Shown piece after piece: positions 30,538 through 40,917 of a DNA stretch of 64,000 nt. Source of the stretch: Verrucomicrobiota bacterium (GTDB taxonomy: Bacteria > Verrucomicrobiota > Verrucomicrobiia > Limisphaerales > AAA164-E04); the NCBI GenBank assembly GCA_047947115.1, contig CP170459.1, forward strand, positions 4,992,001-5,056,000. Direction: 5' to 3'. The position numbers were made by a program, and so were the translations under genes. Each line of letters opens with the position of its first letter. The first letter of the stretch is position 1. The notes under the pieces were generated by a model, which ran no database searches, had not been told where the DNA came from, and saw nothing but the letters and a program-made list of their open reading frames with translations.

Positions 30538-32016
30538 TTAAAGCAGAATATCCCGCACCGTGTCGTGCCCCTCCACACCTGTCAACCTCAGATCCAATCC
30601 CTGAAACGGAACAGAAAGAGCCTTATGATTGATTCCAAGTGTGGTGAGAATGGTGGCATTGAGGTCGTTCACGTGGACTGGATTCTCAACGATGTTGTAG
30701 CTGAATTCATCTGTCTTACCATAACTGATGCCTGGTTTGATACCGCCTCCCGCCAGCCAAAGGGTGAAACACCTTGGATGATGATCACGCCCGTAATTCT
30801 CGCGTGTCAGGGTCCCCTGACAATAGACGGTTCTGCCGAACTCACCCGCCCAGATGACCAGCGTATCGTCCAGCATCCCGCGCTGTTTGAGATCTCGCAG
30901 CAATGCGGTGGTGGGCTGATCCGTATCCCGGCATTGACCGCTGATCTGTTTTGGCAAGGTGAAATGCTGATCCCATCCCATGTGGTAAAGTTGAATGAAT
31001 CGCACATCTCGTTCAGCCAGACGCCGGGCCAACAAACAGTTGTTCGCATAGGTTCCGCGGGTGTGCACATCCGGACCATACATATCCAGGACGGATTTGG
31101 GTTCATTCGAAGTGTCGGTCAGGTCAGGCACGGACATTTGCATACGATACGCCAGTTCGTACTGGGCAATGCGGGTGGAGATTTCCGGATCACCCATTTG
31201 CTCATGGCGATGTTGATTGAGCACGGCAAGGTCATCCAGTTGACGACGACGGGTCTTGCGGTCGATTCCATTCGGATTCGACAAATACAACACCGGATCA
31301 CCAACCGATAAAAACTTCACCCCCTGATAACGGGAAGGCAACATGCCCGCCCCCCAGAGTCGATCATAAAGCGGCTGGCAACTGGGACGTCCGGTGCCGC
31401 GGGACACCATCACGACAAAACCCGGCAGGTCTTTGTTCGCTGATCCCAAACCATAACTCACCCAAGATCCCATGCTGGGCCGGCCGGCCAACTGAAATCC
31501 GGTCTGAAAAAAGGTGATGGCCGGATCGTGATTGATCTGCTCGGTGTGCATGGATTTGATGAAGCACAAATCGTCCGCCACCTGAGGCAGGTGTGGCATC
31601 AACTCACTGATCCATGCGCCGCTGTCGCCATGGCGTTTGAAGGCGTACTTCGACGGCGCGAGCGGAAACCGATCCTGTCCCGAGGTCATGGTGGTCAAAC
31701 GCTGGCCTTGTCGCACCGATTCGGGGAGATCCTGATCAAACAACTTATCCAGTCCCGGCTTGGGATCAAACAAATCCAGTTGAGACGGAGCGCCACTCTG
31801 GAAAAGATAGATGACTCGCTTGGCTTTGGGAGTGAAATGTGGAAGCCCGTGCAATCCTCCCTGCGGGTTCCTCGACTCACTGCCTTGCAGATCGGATTTC
31901 AACAAGGAACCTAATGCGGCCGAACCGATACCCAACCCGGCGCGATGGAAGAAATACCGACGCGTCATGTCCATGCGGGATTCGTAGTGTTGATTTGGAT
32001 CAGATGAAGAATTCAT
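30538..32016 (-). CDS. DUF1501 domain protein
   Basis: [41 protein letters not shown] and GRDHH motifs. Confidence 0.93.
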   Translation of the reverse strand: MNSSSDPNQHYESRMDMTRRYFFHRAGLGIGSAALGSLLKSDLQGSESRNPQGGLHGLPHFTPKAKRVIYLFQSGAPSQLDLFDPKPGLDKLFDQDLPESVRQGQRLTTMTSGQDRFPLAPSKYAFKRHGDSGAWISELMPHLPQVADDLCFIKSMHTEQINHDPAITFFQTGFQLAGRPSMGSWVSYGLGSANKDLPGFVVMVSRGTGRPSCQPLYDRLWGAGMLPSRYQGVKFLSVGDPVLYLSNPNGIDRKTRRRQLDDLAVLNQHRHEQMGDPEISTRIAQYELAYRMQMSVPDLTDTSNEPKSVLDMYGPDVHTRGTYANNCLLARRLAERDVRFIQLYHMGWDQHFTLPKQISGQCRDTDQPTTALLRDLKQRGMLDDTLVIWAGEFGRTVYCQGTLTRENYGRDHHPRCFTLWLAGGGIKPGISYGKTDEFSYNIVENPVHVNDLNATILTTLGINHKALSVPFQGLDLRLTGVEGHDTVRDILL

Positions 32017-32528
32017 AGAGTATAAAAATGGGTAGTGATTTGCTGCTGCACGTCCGCAAGTGCGTTCGTCAACGCCATGGACATTCGAACACCTTCAGCG
32101 CGATCAAGGCCCCGCGGCAGCGGGGCCCTACCGCGGGCGGTAGCCCTTGACGTGGTAGGGATGTGCTGCTGCACGTCCTCAAGCGCGTTCGTCAACGCCA
32201 TGGACATTCGAACACCTTCAGCGCGATCACGGCCCCGCGGCAGCGGGGCCCTACCGCGGGCGGTAGCCCTTGGCGTGGTAGGGACGTGCTGCTGCACGTC
32301 CGCAAGCGCGTTCGTCAACGCCGTGGACATTCGAACACCTTCAGCGCGATCACGGCCCCGCGGCAGCGGGGCCCTACCGCGGGCGGTAGCCCTTGGCGTG
32401 GTAGGGATGTGCTGCTGCACGTCCGCAAGTGCGTTCGTTAACGCCATGGACATTCGAACACCTTCAGCGCGATCACGGCCCCGCGGCAGCGGGGCCCTAC
32501 CGGGGGCAATGTCCAATTGTTTGTTCAT
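32013..32528 (-). other. repeat-derived ORF (4 x 41-aa units), expression uncertain
   Basis: Open frame through the REPIN array, with 4-nt overlaps to both flanking genes. Confidence 0.35.
32031..32501. repeat. tandem array of four REPINs (123-bp period)
   Basis: TGCTGCTGCACGTCC recurs at 32041, 32164, 32287 and 32410. Each unit has a plus-strand GTAG-GGACGTGC-tgct-GCACGTCC and a minus-strand GTAG-GGCCCCGC-tgcc-GCGGGGCC. Confidence 0.92.
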
Positions 32529-35500
32529 TCGCGGGTGATGGTTTCGTCCAGGTTGAGCAAGACATTGGCGATGGCGGTGTATGCAGCCAATTCCACCGCA
32601 TCACTCGGTTCATGCTCTTTTTCACCAATCTGAGTCAGGGCTTTCGCTTCCTCCGGATGATTTCGATAGTGATCGAGATAGTGAGTTAAACTCTTCTGAA
32701 GAACACTCAATTCCATGGCATCCGGCTGACGCGTCACCGCCAAGCGCCAGCCATATGTCAAACGTTCCACATCACTACTTCCACCCTCACGGATCATGCG
32801 TTCTCCCAAAAAACTTGCCGCTTCCACAAACTGTACATCATTCAATGTCGCCAAAGCCTGCAAGGGCGTGTTGGTCGCCCGCCGGGCCACATCGCAACGC
32901 TCTCGACCACCCGCATCAAAGATCACCATGGTAGGTGGCGCCACGGCCCGCTTCCAGAATGTATACATACTGCGCCGATAAAGGTCATCTCCGGTGCCTC
33001 TGACATACCTCATATTTTTATCATAGGCCACCTCTTCCCAAAGCCCCGACGGTTGATACGGTTTCACACTCGCCCCCCCCTGCTTTTCTTCCAATAATCC
33101 ACTAATGGCCAGGGCTTGGTCACGTATCGCCTCGGCCCGCAACCGAAAACGTGGGCCTCGCGCCAGCAGACGGTTTTCGGGATCCAATTTCAAAAGAGAT
33201 TCAGAAACGGCGGAAGATTGACGGTAGGTGGCACTGGTCACGATCATGCGTTGCATCGCCTTGACATCCCATCCACTGCGAATGAACTCCGTCGCCAGGT
33301 AATCCAACAAGTCAGGATGACTGGGAAATTCCCCTTGAGCTCCAAAATCATCCGCCGTCTTGACCAGTCCGGTACCGAAATACATTTGCCAGTAGCGGTT
33401 CACGGTCACCCGAGCGGTCAACGGGTTATCATTCGCCACCAGCCAACGAGCCAGACCGAGCCGATTATTCGGCGCACCTTCGGGCAGCTTGCCCAAACTC
33501 ACCGGAATACCGGGAAACACCTCTTCTCGGGGCTGGTCATACTGACCTCGATTCAGGAAAAAGGCCGGACGCCGCTTTTCCATTTCCTCCATCACCATGA
33601 CGGTGGTCGTGGCCTGCTTACGCACTTGTTCCAAATCCTTTTTGGCCTTTGCCAATTGCTCACGCACGGGAGCATTGAGGGGTGACATTTGACGGTAATG
33701 CTCCATCAAAAGCAGATGCTGGTCATCCGTCATTTCCTCCCCAGCATTCAAAGCCGCCAGGATGGCTTCGGAAAATCCTTCCTTGCCATCCAGCGCGGGT
33801 TTCAAAGCGGAAGTGAGAGACAATCGAAATCGACCTACTGCATGTTGATTGAAGTTGGCATCGTGGCGCATTCGGATGATAAGTTGGGTTCCTTCGACCA
33901 CCTCTATCGGCTCGGACAAGGTAAATACCGCTGAAGTATCCACTATGGTGGGACGACCATAAACGGCCCAGCCTGTGTTCGACTGTCCATCTATGGTGTT
34001 CTCAATGGGATAATTCCCCTGCGAATAAGAAGCTTGAGCTGAGGCGATTTTCACAGGGTGAGGTTCATTGGTGCCGGGTTTCTTTTCCATCACTTCAAAC
34101 TCGGTCAAAACAAAGTTCCCGTTCACCGAACGAGCAAGCCCGTTGTCGGTTAATTCGGGATGTGTCAGTGTTTCCAAACGAATTCCCGTCAATGTTCCCT
34201 GCCCCGGTTTCAGAACCACGGTATAGGTAGGATTGGCTGGATTCGGCCCGGTGGTCAGCCTCGAACCATCCTCGAGCAGTTGAAACACAACGTCCCCAGT
34301 GGATTCGGCACTTAAGACGGTAGCGGACTGCCAGGTTGGTTTCAATTGCTGGGACTGGATGTCTGCGTGTGTTTGGTTTTTCCACGATTCAAATGATTCA
34401 AGAAATTCTGGTGTATTCAAAGCAAGGGTCGCTTCCAATGCTTCAACACGCTGTTCCACCGCAGAAACTTTGACCTCCATTCCCGGTACCGGAACGGAAA
34501 TCGTGGGAGTGGCGTTGCCCTGGTTGCCATCACGTCCGTTTTCCGGAACATTGTTGAAGTAGGCGAACAGGGAATAAAATTCCTTCTGGCTGACTGGATC
34601 AAACTTGTGACTGTGACATCGAGCGCAACCGACCGTCAGCCCCAACCAGATGGCTCCGGTCGTTTCCACTCGATCAATCACATATTCCACTCGGTATTCC
34701 TCCGGGATTACCCCCCCTTCGCCGTTGATGCGATGGTTTCGATTGAAGCCCGAGGCAATGATCTGACTGATCGTGGCGTCCGGCAGCATGTCCCCGGCGA
34801 TTTGCTCAATGGTGAATTCATCGAAAGGTTTGTTTTGATTGTAGGCGTCGATTACCCAATTCCTCCAGATCCACATCTGACGTTCCTGATCGTTCTGATA
34901 TCCATTGGTGTCGGCATAACGAGCGGCGTTCAACCAATCCAATGCCATGCGTTCGCCGTAACGACTGGACTGCAGCAAGCGATCAACCAACCGTTCATAG
35001 GCATTAGTGGAACGATCCTGAAGGAAAGCGTCAACCTCTTTCGGAGTGGGAGGCAGGCCGGTCAGATCCAGCGTCACGCGGCGAATCAGGTTTTCCTTAC
35101 CGGCTTCTTCCGAAGGGGATACCCCTTCCAGCTCCAGTCGACGCAGAACAAAAGCATCAATAGGCTGCCTCACCCAATCTTGAAGGGCAACCTCGGGGAC
35201 AGGAGGCTGCACCGGTGCGACAAATGACCAATGGGTTTCGTATTCGGCTCCGTTTTGAATCCAGGCGCGGAACAATTCCCTTTCTGCTGGCGACAAGGCA
35301 GCATCCGAATCCGGAGGAGGCATCACATCATCGGGATCACTGGTAAAAATGCGTTGAATCAACTCACTTTGATCCGGGCTGCCAGGAACCACAGCGCGTA
35401 CCCCATCATGATCCCACATCGCCCCTTCAGCTGTATCCAATCTCAAATCGCCTTTGCGCTGCGCCTCATCGGGACCATGGCAATGAAAACAACGATCGGA

Positions 35501-35716
35501 TAGCAGCGGACGGATATCTCGGTTGAAACTGACTTCACTGGCTGACACAAACGTAAGGAAAGACGATCCAATCATCATCAGAAAGGCAAACAAACACTTC
35601 CCGATGGACGAACATTTGCATGGAAAACGTTGGGGCATCATAGTCATTGGTCGCGTCCAGCCTAAACCAGAAACTGAAAGACAAGCAAGCACGGTTCCCC
35701 TACTCTTCTTGGTCAA
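32525..35716 (-). CDS. PSD1 / DUF1549 / DUF1553 protein with planctomycete cytochrome c domain
   Basis: FNRDIRPLLSDRCFHCHGPD, IRRVTLDLTGLPPT, CARCHSHKFDP, NPLTARVTVNRYWQ and TNTPLQAL. True start is probably ~70-140 nt downstream of 35716. Confidence 0.93.
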   Translation of the reverse strand: MTKKSRGTVLACLSVSGLGWTRPMTMMPQRFPCKCSSIGKCLFAFLMMIGSSFLTFVSASEVSFNRDIRPLLSDRCFHCHGPDEAQRKGDLRLDTAEGAMWDHDGVRAVVPGSPDQSELIQRIFTSDPDDVMPPPDSDAALSPAERELFRAWIQNGAEYETHWSFVAPVQPPVPEVALQDWVRQPIDAFVLRRLELEGVSPSEEAGKENLIRRVTLDLTGLPPTPKEVDAFLQDRSTNAYERLVDRLLQSSRYGERMALDWLNAARYADTNGYQNDQERQMWIWRNWVIDAYNQNKPFDEFTIEQIAGDMLPDATISQIIASGFNRNHRINGEGGVIPEEYRVEYVIDRVETTGAIWLGLTVGCARCHSHKFDPVSQKEFYSLFAYFNNVPENGRDGNQGNATPTISVPVPGMEVKVSAVEQRVEALEATLALNTPEFLESFESWKNQTHADIQSQQLKPTWQSATVLSAESTGDVVFQLLEDGSRLTTGPNPANPTYTVVLKPGQGTLTGIRLETLTHPELTDNGLARSVNGNFVLTEFEVMEKKPGTNEPHPVKIASAQASYSQGNYPIENTIDGQSNTGWAVYGRPTIVDTSAVFTLSEPIEVVEGTQLIIRMRHDANFNQHAVGRFRLSLTSALKPALDGKEGFSEAILAALNAGEEMTDDQHLLLMEHYRQMSPLNAPVREQLAKAKKDLEQVRKQATTTVMVMEEMEKRRPAFFLNRGQYDQPREEVFPGIPVSLGKLPEGAPNNRLGLARWLVANDNPLTARVTVNRYWQMYFGTGLVKTADDFGAQGEFPSHPDLLDYLATEFIRSGWDVKAMQRMIVTSATYRQSSAVSESLLKLDPENRLLARGPRFRLRAEAIRDQALAISGLLEEKQGGASVKPYQPSGLWEEVAYDKNMRYVRGTGDDLYRRSMYTFWKRAVAPPTMVIFDAGGRERCDVARRATNTPLQALATLNDVQFVEAASFLGERMIREGGSSDVERLTYGWRLAVTRQPDAMELSVLQKSLTHYLDHYRNHPEEAKALTQIGEKEHEPSDAVELAAYTAIANVLLNLDETITRE

Positions 35717-35778
35717 GCCTCAACAAAAATTGTATACCACAACCATTCATCCATGGATTCGCACTGATCGGGAATGAA

Positions 35779-37230
35779 ATGCGGATACCGGGCCTCTCAA
35801 TTAATAAGAACATGATATCGAAATTCAAAACACCCCCCCACTTGAAAGAATCACCTGCCCTGTGGTGTTTGATCAGTGTTGTTGCCTTTCATCTGGCAAA
35901 TCTAAATACCTGGTTGGCGCCCTTGATGATCGTGTTTTTTTTCGGTCTGATCAAGACAAGCCAACTCGGATCCGCTCGAACAAATTTTTACCGAGGATTG
36001 GCGATTGGTTTGTTGATTTATGCATGGCAATTACGTTTCTTTCTCAACATTTTCTCGGAGGCCGCAGTGGTGCTGTGGCTGATTCTTGCCTTTTGGATTG
36101 GACTTTTCATGGTGTTGGCCAATCATTATCAGCGTAGCCGAAACATGGCGCTGCAAATCCTGCTCCTGGTTTCCTCATGGATGACACTCGAATATTTCCG
36201 TGGAGAACTTTACTATCTGAAATTCACCTGGATCACACCGGGGATGGCGTTCTCACCTTCTGATGCTTTAAGCTCAATTGGCTGGATGGGTGTTTATGGG
36301 CTCAGCACCTGTTGCCTTGCGATCGCTTCCCTGAGTCTTCTGTTTGAGCCGGCAAAAAGATTAGACTGGGTCTGGGGCTCGACTTGGGTTACCGGCATGT
36401 TTTTGGTTTTGGTTTCAGCCCCATCCCCCTCGCATAACCCATCCAGCGACACCATCGAAATCGGCGGAGTGCATGTCGATGATCCCGGATCAGCCAATGG
36501 CCTTCTGGTGTTGGAACGTTTCATGGATCAACATCCGCAAACCGAATTGATCGTTCTGGCAGAATACGCATTCCTTGGAGAACCACCTGAGTCATTGCGC
36601 GAATGGTGTCGATCCCGCCAGGTTCACCTGGTGGCCGGAGGAACGCAACCCTTACCTGATGACACCTACTACAACACGGCTTTCGTTATTTCACCAAAAG
36701 GAGAAATCGTCCACAAGCAGGCCAAATCCGTCCCCATCCAGTTTTTCAAGGACGGACTTCCCGCGCAAGAACAGGATGTCTGGCAGTCTCCATGGGGTCC
36801 GATTGGCATCTGCATTTGCTATGACTTGAGCTATACGCGGGTGACGGATGGACTTATTCGAAAGGGTGCCACCATGATCCTTGTCCCGACTCTGGACGAG
36901 CTGCATTGGGGAAAATCACAACACCTTCTTCACGCCAGGATTGCCCCGATGCGTTCTGCGGAATATCGAGTTCCCATTGTCCGAGTCGGAGCATGTGGGA
37001 TCAGTCAGGCGGTTGATGAAGGTGCACGGGTAATTGCAAGCACGAGCTTCCCCGGTGAAGGAGCAACACTCCATGCCAAACTGTCACCTTCACAACATGC
37101 CCGCATTCCACTGGATCGTTTCTGGGTGTGGATCGCGGGCCCGGTTGTGTTGATCGAACTGCTGGCGTCTGGATATGTCCGTTCAACCAAATGTTCGGCT
37201 ACTCGAGAACCACCGGCCCGGATCGTGTGA
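35779..37230 (+). CDS. lnt: apolipoprotein N-acyltransferase (nitrilase fold)
   Basis: Multiple TM helices, LEYFRGE, E-K-C triad (LAEY, QAKS, ICYD). Start uncertain. Confidence 0.8.
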   Translation: MRIPGLSINKNMISKFKTPPHLKESPALWCLISVVAFHLANLNTWLAPLMIVFFFGLIKTSQLGSARTNFYRGLAIGLLIYAWQLRFFLNIFSEAAVVLWLILAFWIGLFMVLANHYQRSRNMALQILLLVSSWMTLEYFRGELYYLKFTWITPGMAFSPSDALSSIGWMGVYGLSTCCLAIASLSLLFEPAKRLDWVWGSTWVTGMFLVLVSAPSPSHNPSSDTIEIGGVHVDDPGSANGLLVLERFMDQHPQTELIVLAEYAFLGEPPESLREWCRSRQVHLVAGGTQPLPDDTYYNTAFVISPKGEIVHKQAKSVPIQFFKDGLPAQEQDVWQSPWGPIGICICYDLSYTRVTDGLIRKGATMILVPTLDELHWGKSQHLLHARIAPMRSAEYRVPIVRVGACGISQAVDEGARVIASTSFPGEGATLHAKLSPSQHARIPLDRFWVWIAGPVVLIELLASGYVRSTKCSATREPPARIV

Positions 37231-37560
37231 AAGCCGCAGGGTGCAATTTGAATCCCTTCTTTGGATAATAATGCGTCGCGGCAGGAGCACTGAGAAGGAT
37301 GAGGGTGGCTTCGGGATGCAGGTGTTTCTGGGTTTCGTGCATCAATCGTTCACCAATCCCCTGGGACTGAAATTTGCGATCCACCGCCAGGTCGGACAAG
37401 TAGCAGCAATAGACAAAATCCGTGACGGACCGGGCCACTCCAACAAGAGTGTCTTCCCATCTGGCAGTGAGAATCAGGTCGGCGTTTTCCAACATGGACC
37501 GCAGGCGACTCATATTTTCCACGGGACGTCTTTCCGCCAGTCCGGAACGCACTAGAAGAC

Positions 37561-39031
37561 GAACGGTGTCAAAAAAGTCAATCATAACTTCGCATATAAA
37601 CGGATGAGATGAGCCGCCATGTCAATTAGGGGCTTTTCTAAAAAGAAAAATGATCTCAAGCACCGGATAAACTTTACGCTTCGCTTGGAGTAGCGCTGGA
37701 CGCATTCGTACACCGTTGACCATTTTCTCCCGGCTTCTTTGGCAGCGTTTTTCATTGCTTCAAAGCGAATTTGACGTCGACGAATTTCTGCTTCGTTGCT
37801 CACTCCGTAATCCTTTTCCAAATCATGCTCCATCAAGAGACAGAGGTTATGTGCCAGGCAAAGAAAGTTGGCTTGAATCTTCTTGGCCCGGACTGATCCG
37901 GCCCATGCCTTTTTCTCCTGAAGTGTATTTTTAAACTCATCGAATACCTTCTCAATATCCCAACGCATCCGATAGAGCTGTGCTAACAAACCTGGCGAAA
38001 TCGTCAATTGGTTGGTGATCAAAACGTGTTCCTTCCCAGTTTGCGGATCGACACATACGATTCGTCGAAGAATGCTCTGGTTATTGACTATGATTTTTTC
38101 ATCGGACGTGATTCCGTGATTGATACCATTTTCATGATCGACTTCCAGTTCATCCAGACATTCATAGGCAGTTCCGTCTTTCATGCGGGAAACGAAATAA
38201 ATTCCACCTCGTGATTTCCACCAATCCCACTCATTGAAATCGATGGACGCAGAGTCATACACATAGAGAACTTTGCGTCCCGTCTTGGCACCCTGCCTGA
38301 GTGTTTCGATACCCATCCTTTTGAGGGCTCGCATGTCATGCTCATGCTTACGATGAACCTCATCGGCTGTATCCAGCAACTTGATTGCATGGGATCTCAG
38401 ATTCAGGGCGTAGAAGTAACCGGGAGCCCATTTCTTTTCATTCTTGCGTACTTCATGAGCCGAAGCACCATGCCAATGGCCATCAGCGGCATAGATGTCA
38501 TATTTTTTTAGTTCCTCAAAATCCTGAAGAGGGTCATTAAGTTCTTTGGCTGCTTTAGCGCAAATACTATCATTTAATTCATCGGCAAGAAGGAGGCGTC
38601 GGTTACTTTTGAGAGATTCGAAATAAAGCCCCACAGAAATATCACTCTGAAAGTGGGGGCCGTATTGCTGGAGAAACCCCCGGCCGCTGGGGGATTCCAT
38701 AAGAATTCGGGTGACTCCTAATTCAAGCCAATGCTGGTCGGGTAATTCATTACATTGGCGAGTGTGAACAGCTCGATTCAAGGCGTCAAATAAAGGCTTG
38801 AAGAATGCTGTAAATATCTTATTATCAGTTAATAGAGCTCTTGGCATGAAAATTTTTTGGGGTCAGAGCGCTAGAGTCAACTTTAATCGCACAAAAACCG
38901 GCTAAATTCTCTGTTTTAGAGCATTTTAATCATTTTGAAACCCTTGAAAAGAACCGAATCAGACAACTGAAACACATCGCAGGAACCCGGTTTCAGGCGG
39001 CAAATTTGGCTTCACTCTTTTGACACCGTTC
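37561..39031 (-). mobile_element. IS4-family insertion sequence, 1471 bp
   Basis: Terminal IRs GAACGGTGTCAAAAAAGT / ACTCTTTTGACACCGTTC (17/18 match). 8-bp TSD TAGAAGAC at 37553-37560 and 39032-39039. Confidence 0.93.
37582..38847 (-). CDS. IS4-family DDE transposase
   Basis: AADG and VYDSA acidic residues, plus the YREK signature LYRMRWDIEKVFDEFK. Confidence 0.92.
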   Translation of the reverse strand: MPRALLTDNKIFTAFFKPLFDALNRAVHTRQCNELPDQHWLELGVTRILMESPSGRGFLQQYGPHFQSDISVGLYFESLKSNRRLLLADELNDSICAKAAKELNDPLQDFEELKKYDIYAADGHWHGASAHEVRKNEKKWAPGYFYALNLRSHAIKLLDTADEVHRKHEHDMRALKRMGIETLRQGAKTGRKVLYVYDSASIDFNEWDWWKSRGGIYFVSRMKDGTAYECLDELEVDHENGINHGITSDEKIIVNNQSILRRIVCVDPQTGKEHVLITNQLTISPGLLAQLYRMRWDIEKVFDEFKNTLQEKKAWAGSVRAKKIQANFLCLAHNLCLLMEHDLEKDYGVSNEAEIRRRQIRFEAMKNAAKEAGRKWSTVYECVQRYSKRSVKFIRCLRSFFFLEKPLIDMAAHLIRLYAKL

Positions 39032-39123
39032 TAGAAGACTGTGAAATTCTTCGACCTTTAAGTTATTATCAATGGTGAATCGGATCATATAGTTTTAATC
39101 AGATGGAATGTGGGATGCTTGAT

Positions 39124-40521
39124 TTATTGAACCGGCCATTCATTGGATTCTGATCGAGCTGTTTTCAAAAAATCCTCCATCCTGCCCACCACGCGACGCT
39201 CCCGATCTGCCAGATTGTATTTTTCACCCGGGTCTTTTGATAAATCGTAAAGTTCAAGAGGTTCTTGAATCCCGTGGCGTACGCCTTTCCAGTCTCCCAT
39301 GCGAACCGCCTGATGGAATCCGCCTTCGTGGAATTCCCAATAAAGAGGATCATGTTCTTTGGTTCTCCCTTTGAGAATCGCATCAACCATGGACTCACCG
39401 TCCAATCCAACAGGTGCTTTCAATCCCGCCAACTCGCTCAAAGTTGGGAACACATCCCAGGCAGCCCAAACCTGATCGCTGACCTGTCCCGGCTGGACAT
39501 GCCCTTTCCACCGTATGATCATCGGCGAACGAATCCCCCCTTCATATAGATCCCGTTTGATGCCGCGGAAAGGTCCCGAAGACTGGAAAAAATCTGGATC
39601 AACACCTTCCTGGTTATGAGGCCCGTTGTCACTGCAGAAAAATACGATGGTATTCTCAGCCTGACCGGTCTCGTCCAGAGCATCCAGAATCTTGCCGACA
39701 TGGAGATCCAATCGATAGATCATGGCGGCAAGCATTTTCTGAGGTTCCGGCCAGTCTTTGTCGGCGTAAGGTTTGGTTGTGGGTGCTTCGACGTGTTTGT
39801 GGGGGAGCGTGTATGCGAGATAGAGAAAGTAGGGATTTTTGTGAGGCATGCGGATAAAATTGGTGGCGCCTTCTGTGAATTTATAGTGAATGTACAGGCC
39901 CTTCTGTCCATTGACGTTTTGTGGTATTCCCCGCAATTCCTGGTTTCGCCAGAAGTATGGAGGGTAATGATTATGTGCTTCTTTCTGGTTCAGAAATCCA
40001 AACCATTCATCGAATCCCTGCAGGTTGGGCAATCCGGTTGAACCCGGTTCGCCTAGCCCCCACTTGCCGATCACGCATGTTTCGTAGGATTTCTGCTTCA
40101 ACATTTCAGCAACGGTCAAATCGCCATAATCCAGCGGAACCAACCCATTGCCACGAATCCGGGTATGCCCGGTGTGAAGACCGGTCATCAAAACCGATCG
40201 CGAAGGAGCACATACCGTGCTGCCGGCATAGTATTGGGTAAACCGAATGCCCTCAGCCGCCATCTGATCCAATCTCGGCGTCTCAAAATGCTTTTGGCCA
40301 TAGCACCCCAGGTCTCCATATCCCAGATCGTCGGCCATAATGAAGATGATGTTCGGCATTTTTGTCGTGGCAGCATGTGCCGTCACCCCTAAGGCAAGGA
40401 ACATCCCAAGGGCGACAGTGATCACGATGGCACGCTTTTGACAAAACCACTCATCAAGTCTCCCACCTTTGAATGACAGGAATGAAACATGATGACATGC
40501 CACATTATTTAAAAAACGCAT
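39124..40521 (-). CDS. arylsulfatase (Cys-type)
   Basis: MADDLGYGD, CAPSRSVLMTG, GKWGLG and SDNG motifs. Start may be later. Confidence 0.95.
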   Translation of the reverse strand: MRFLNNVACHHVSFLSFKGGRLDEWFCQKRAIVITVALGMFLALGVTAHAATTKMPNIIFIMADDLGYGDLGCYGQKHFETPRLDQMAAEGIRFTQYYAGSTVCAPSRSVLMTGLHTGHTRIRGNGLVPLDYGDLTVAEMLKQKSYETCVIGKWGLGEPGSTGLPNLQGFDEWFGFLNQKEAHNHYPPYFWRNQELRGIPQNVNGQKGLYIHYKFTEGATNFIRMPHKNPYFLYLAYTLPHKHVEAPTTKPYADKDWPEPQKMLAAMIYRLDLHVGKILDALDETGQAENTIVFFCSDNGPHNQEGVDPDFFQSSGPFRGIKRDLYEGGIRSPMIIRWKGHVQPGQVSDQVWAAWDVFPTLSELAGLKAPVGLDGESMVDAILKGRTKEHDPLYWEFHEGGFHQAVRMGDWKGVRHGIQEPLELYDLSKDPGEKYNLADRERRVVGRMEDFLKTARSESNEWPVQ

Positions 40522-40692
40522 GTAACTGACATACGCTATTCAAGCACTCGATCAAGTCGAAAACATTCTGGCTGTTCACAAAGTGCTCAAGAAAACGGAG
40601 GCAATCAGAAGTGAGTTTCCTCGGCGATGTTAGAAACAATGACGACACGGTCGCATTCCAGGTAGCCCGCGCCCCCCCCCATGTGCGTCATG

Positions 40693-40837
40693 GGTAGATA
40701 CGTGTCGTCCCCGACGCGGCCCCTCATGGCTTCCCTCCCCTGCCTTTCACTGCAAAACGGAAAACCCCACGGCATATGCTCGCCCTTTTTCGCATTGCTT
40801 CGCTGGTGATGACGCGTCGGGGACGACACGATCTACC
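40693..40837. repeat. REPIN doublet, second REP family
   Basis: GGTAGAT(A)CGTGTCGTCCCCGACGCG at 40693-40718 and its inverted copy at 40813-40837. Confidence 0.8.
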
Positions 40838-40857
40838 TGCGAAATCGTTTTTACCGG

Positions 40858-40886
40858 TTGACACCGCTCATAGGGTCGATCAGATT
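40858..40886 (+). promoter_or_regulatory. candidate sigma70 promoter of the DUF4159 gene
   Basis: TTGACA, 17-bp spacer, CAGATT. Confidence 0.4.
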
Positions 40887-40917
40887 GAAACCATCACTGT
40901 AAACCTGCGCACATGAC

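Larger units (their letters stand above)
37199..39088 (-). pseudogene. GNAT N-acetyltransferase interrupted by an IS (5' part 39032-39088, 3' part 37199-37560)
   Basis: Removing the IS and one TSD restores MIRFTIDNNLKVEEFHSLLVRSGLAERRP...YLSDLAVDRKFQSQGIG in frame. Confidence 0.88.

Noticed and set aside
32031..32501. CRISPR array
   Set aside because: The sequences between palindromes are near-identical rather than unique spacers, the period is 123 bp, and no cas genes are present.
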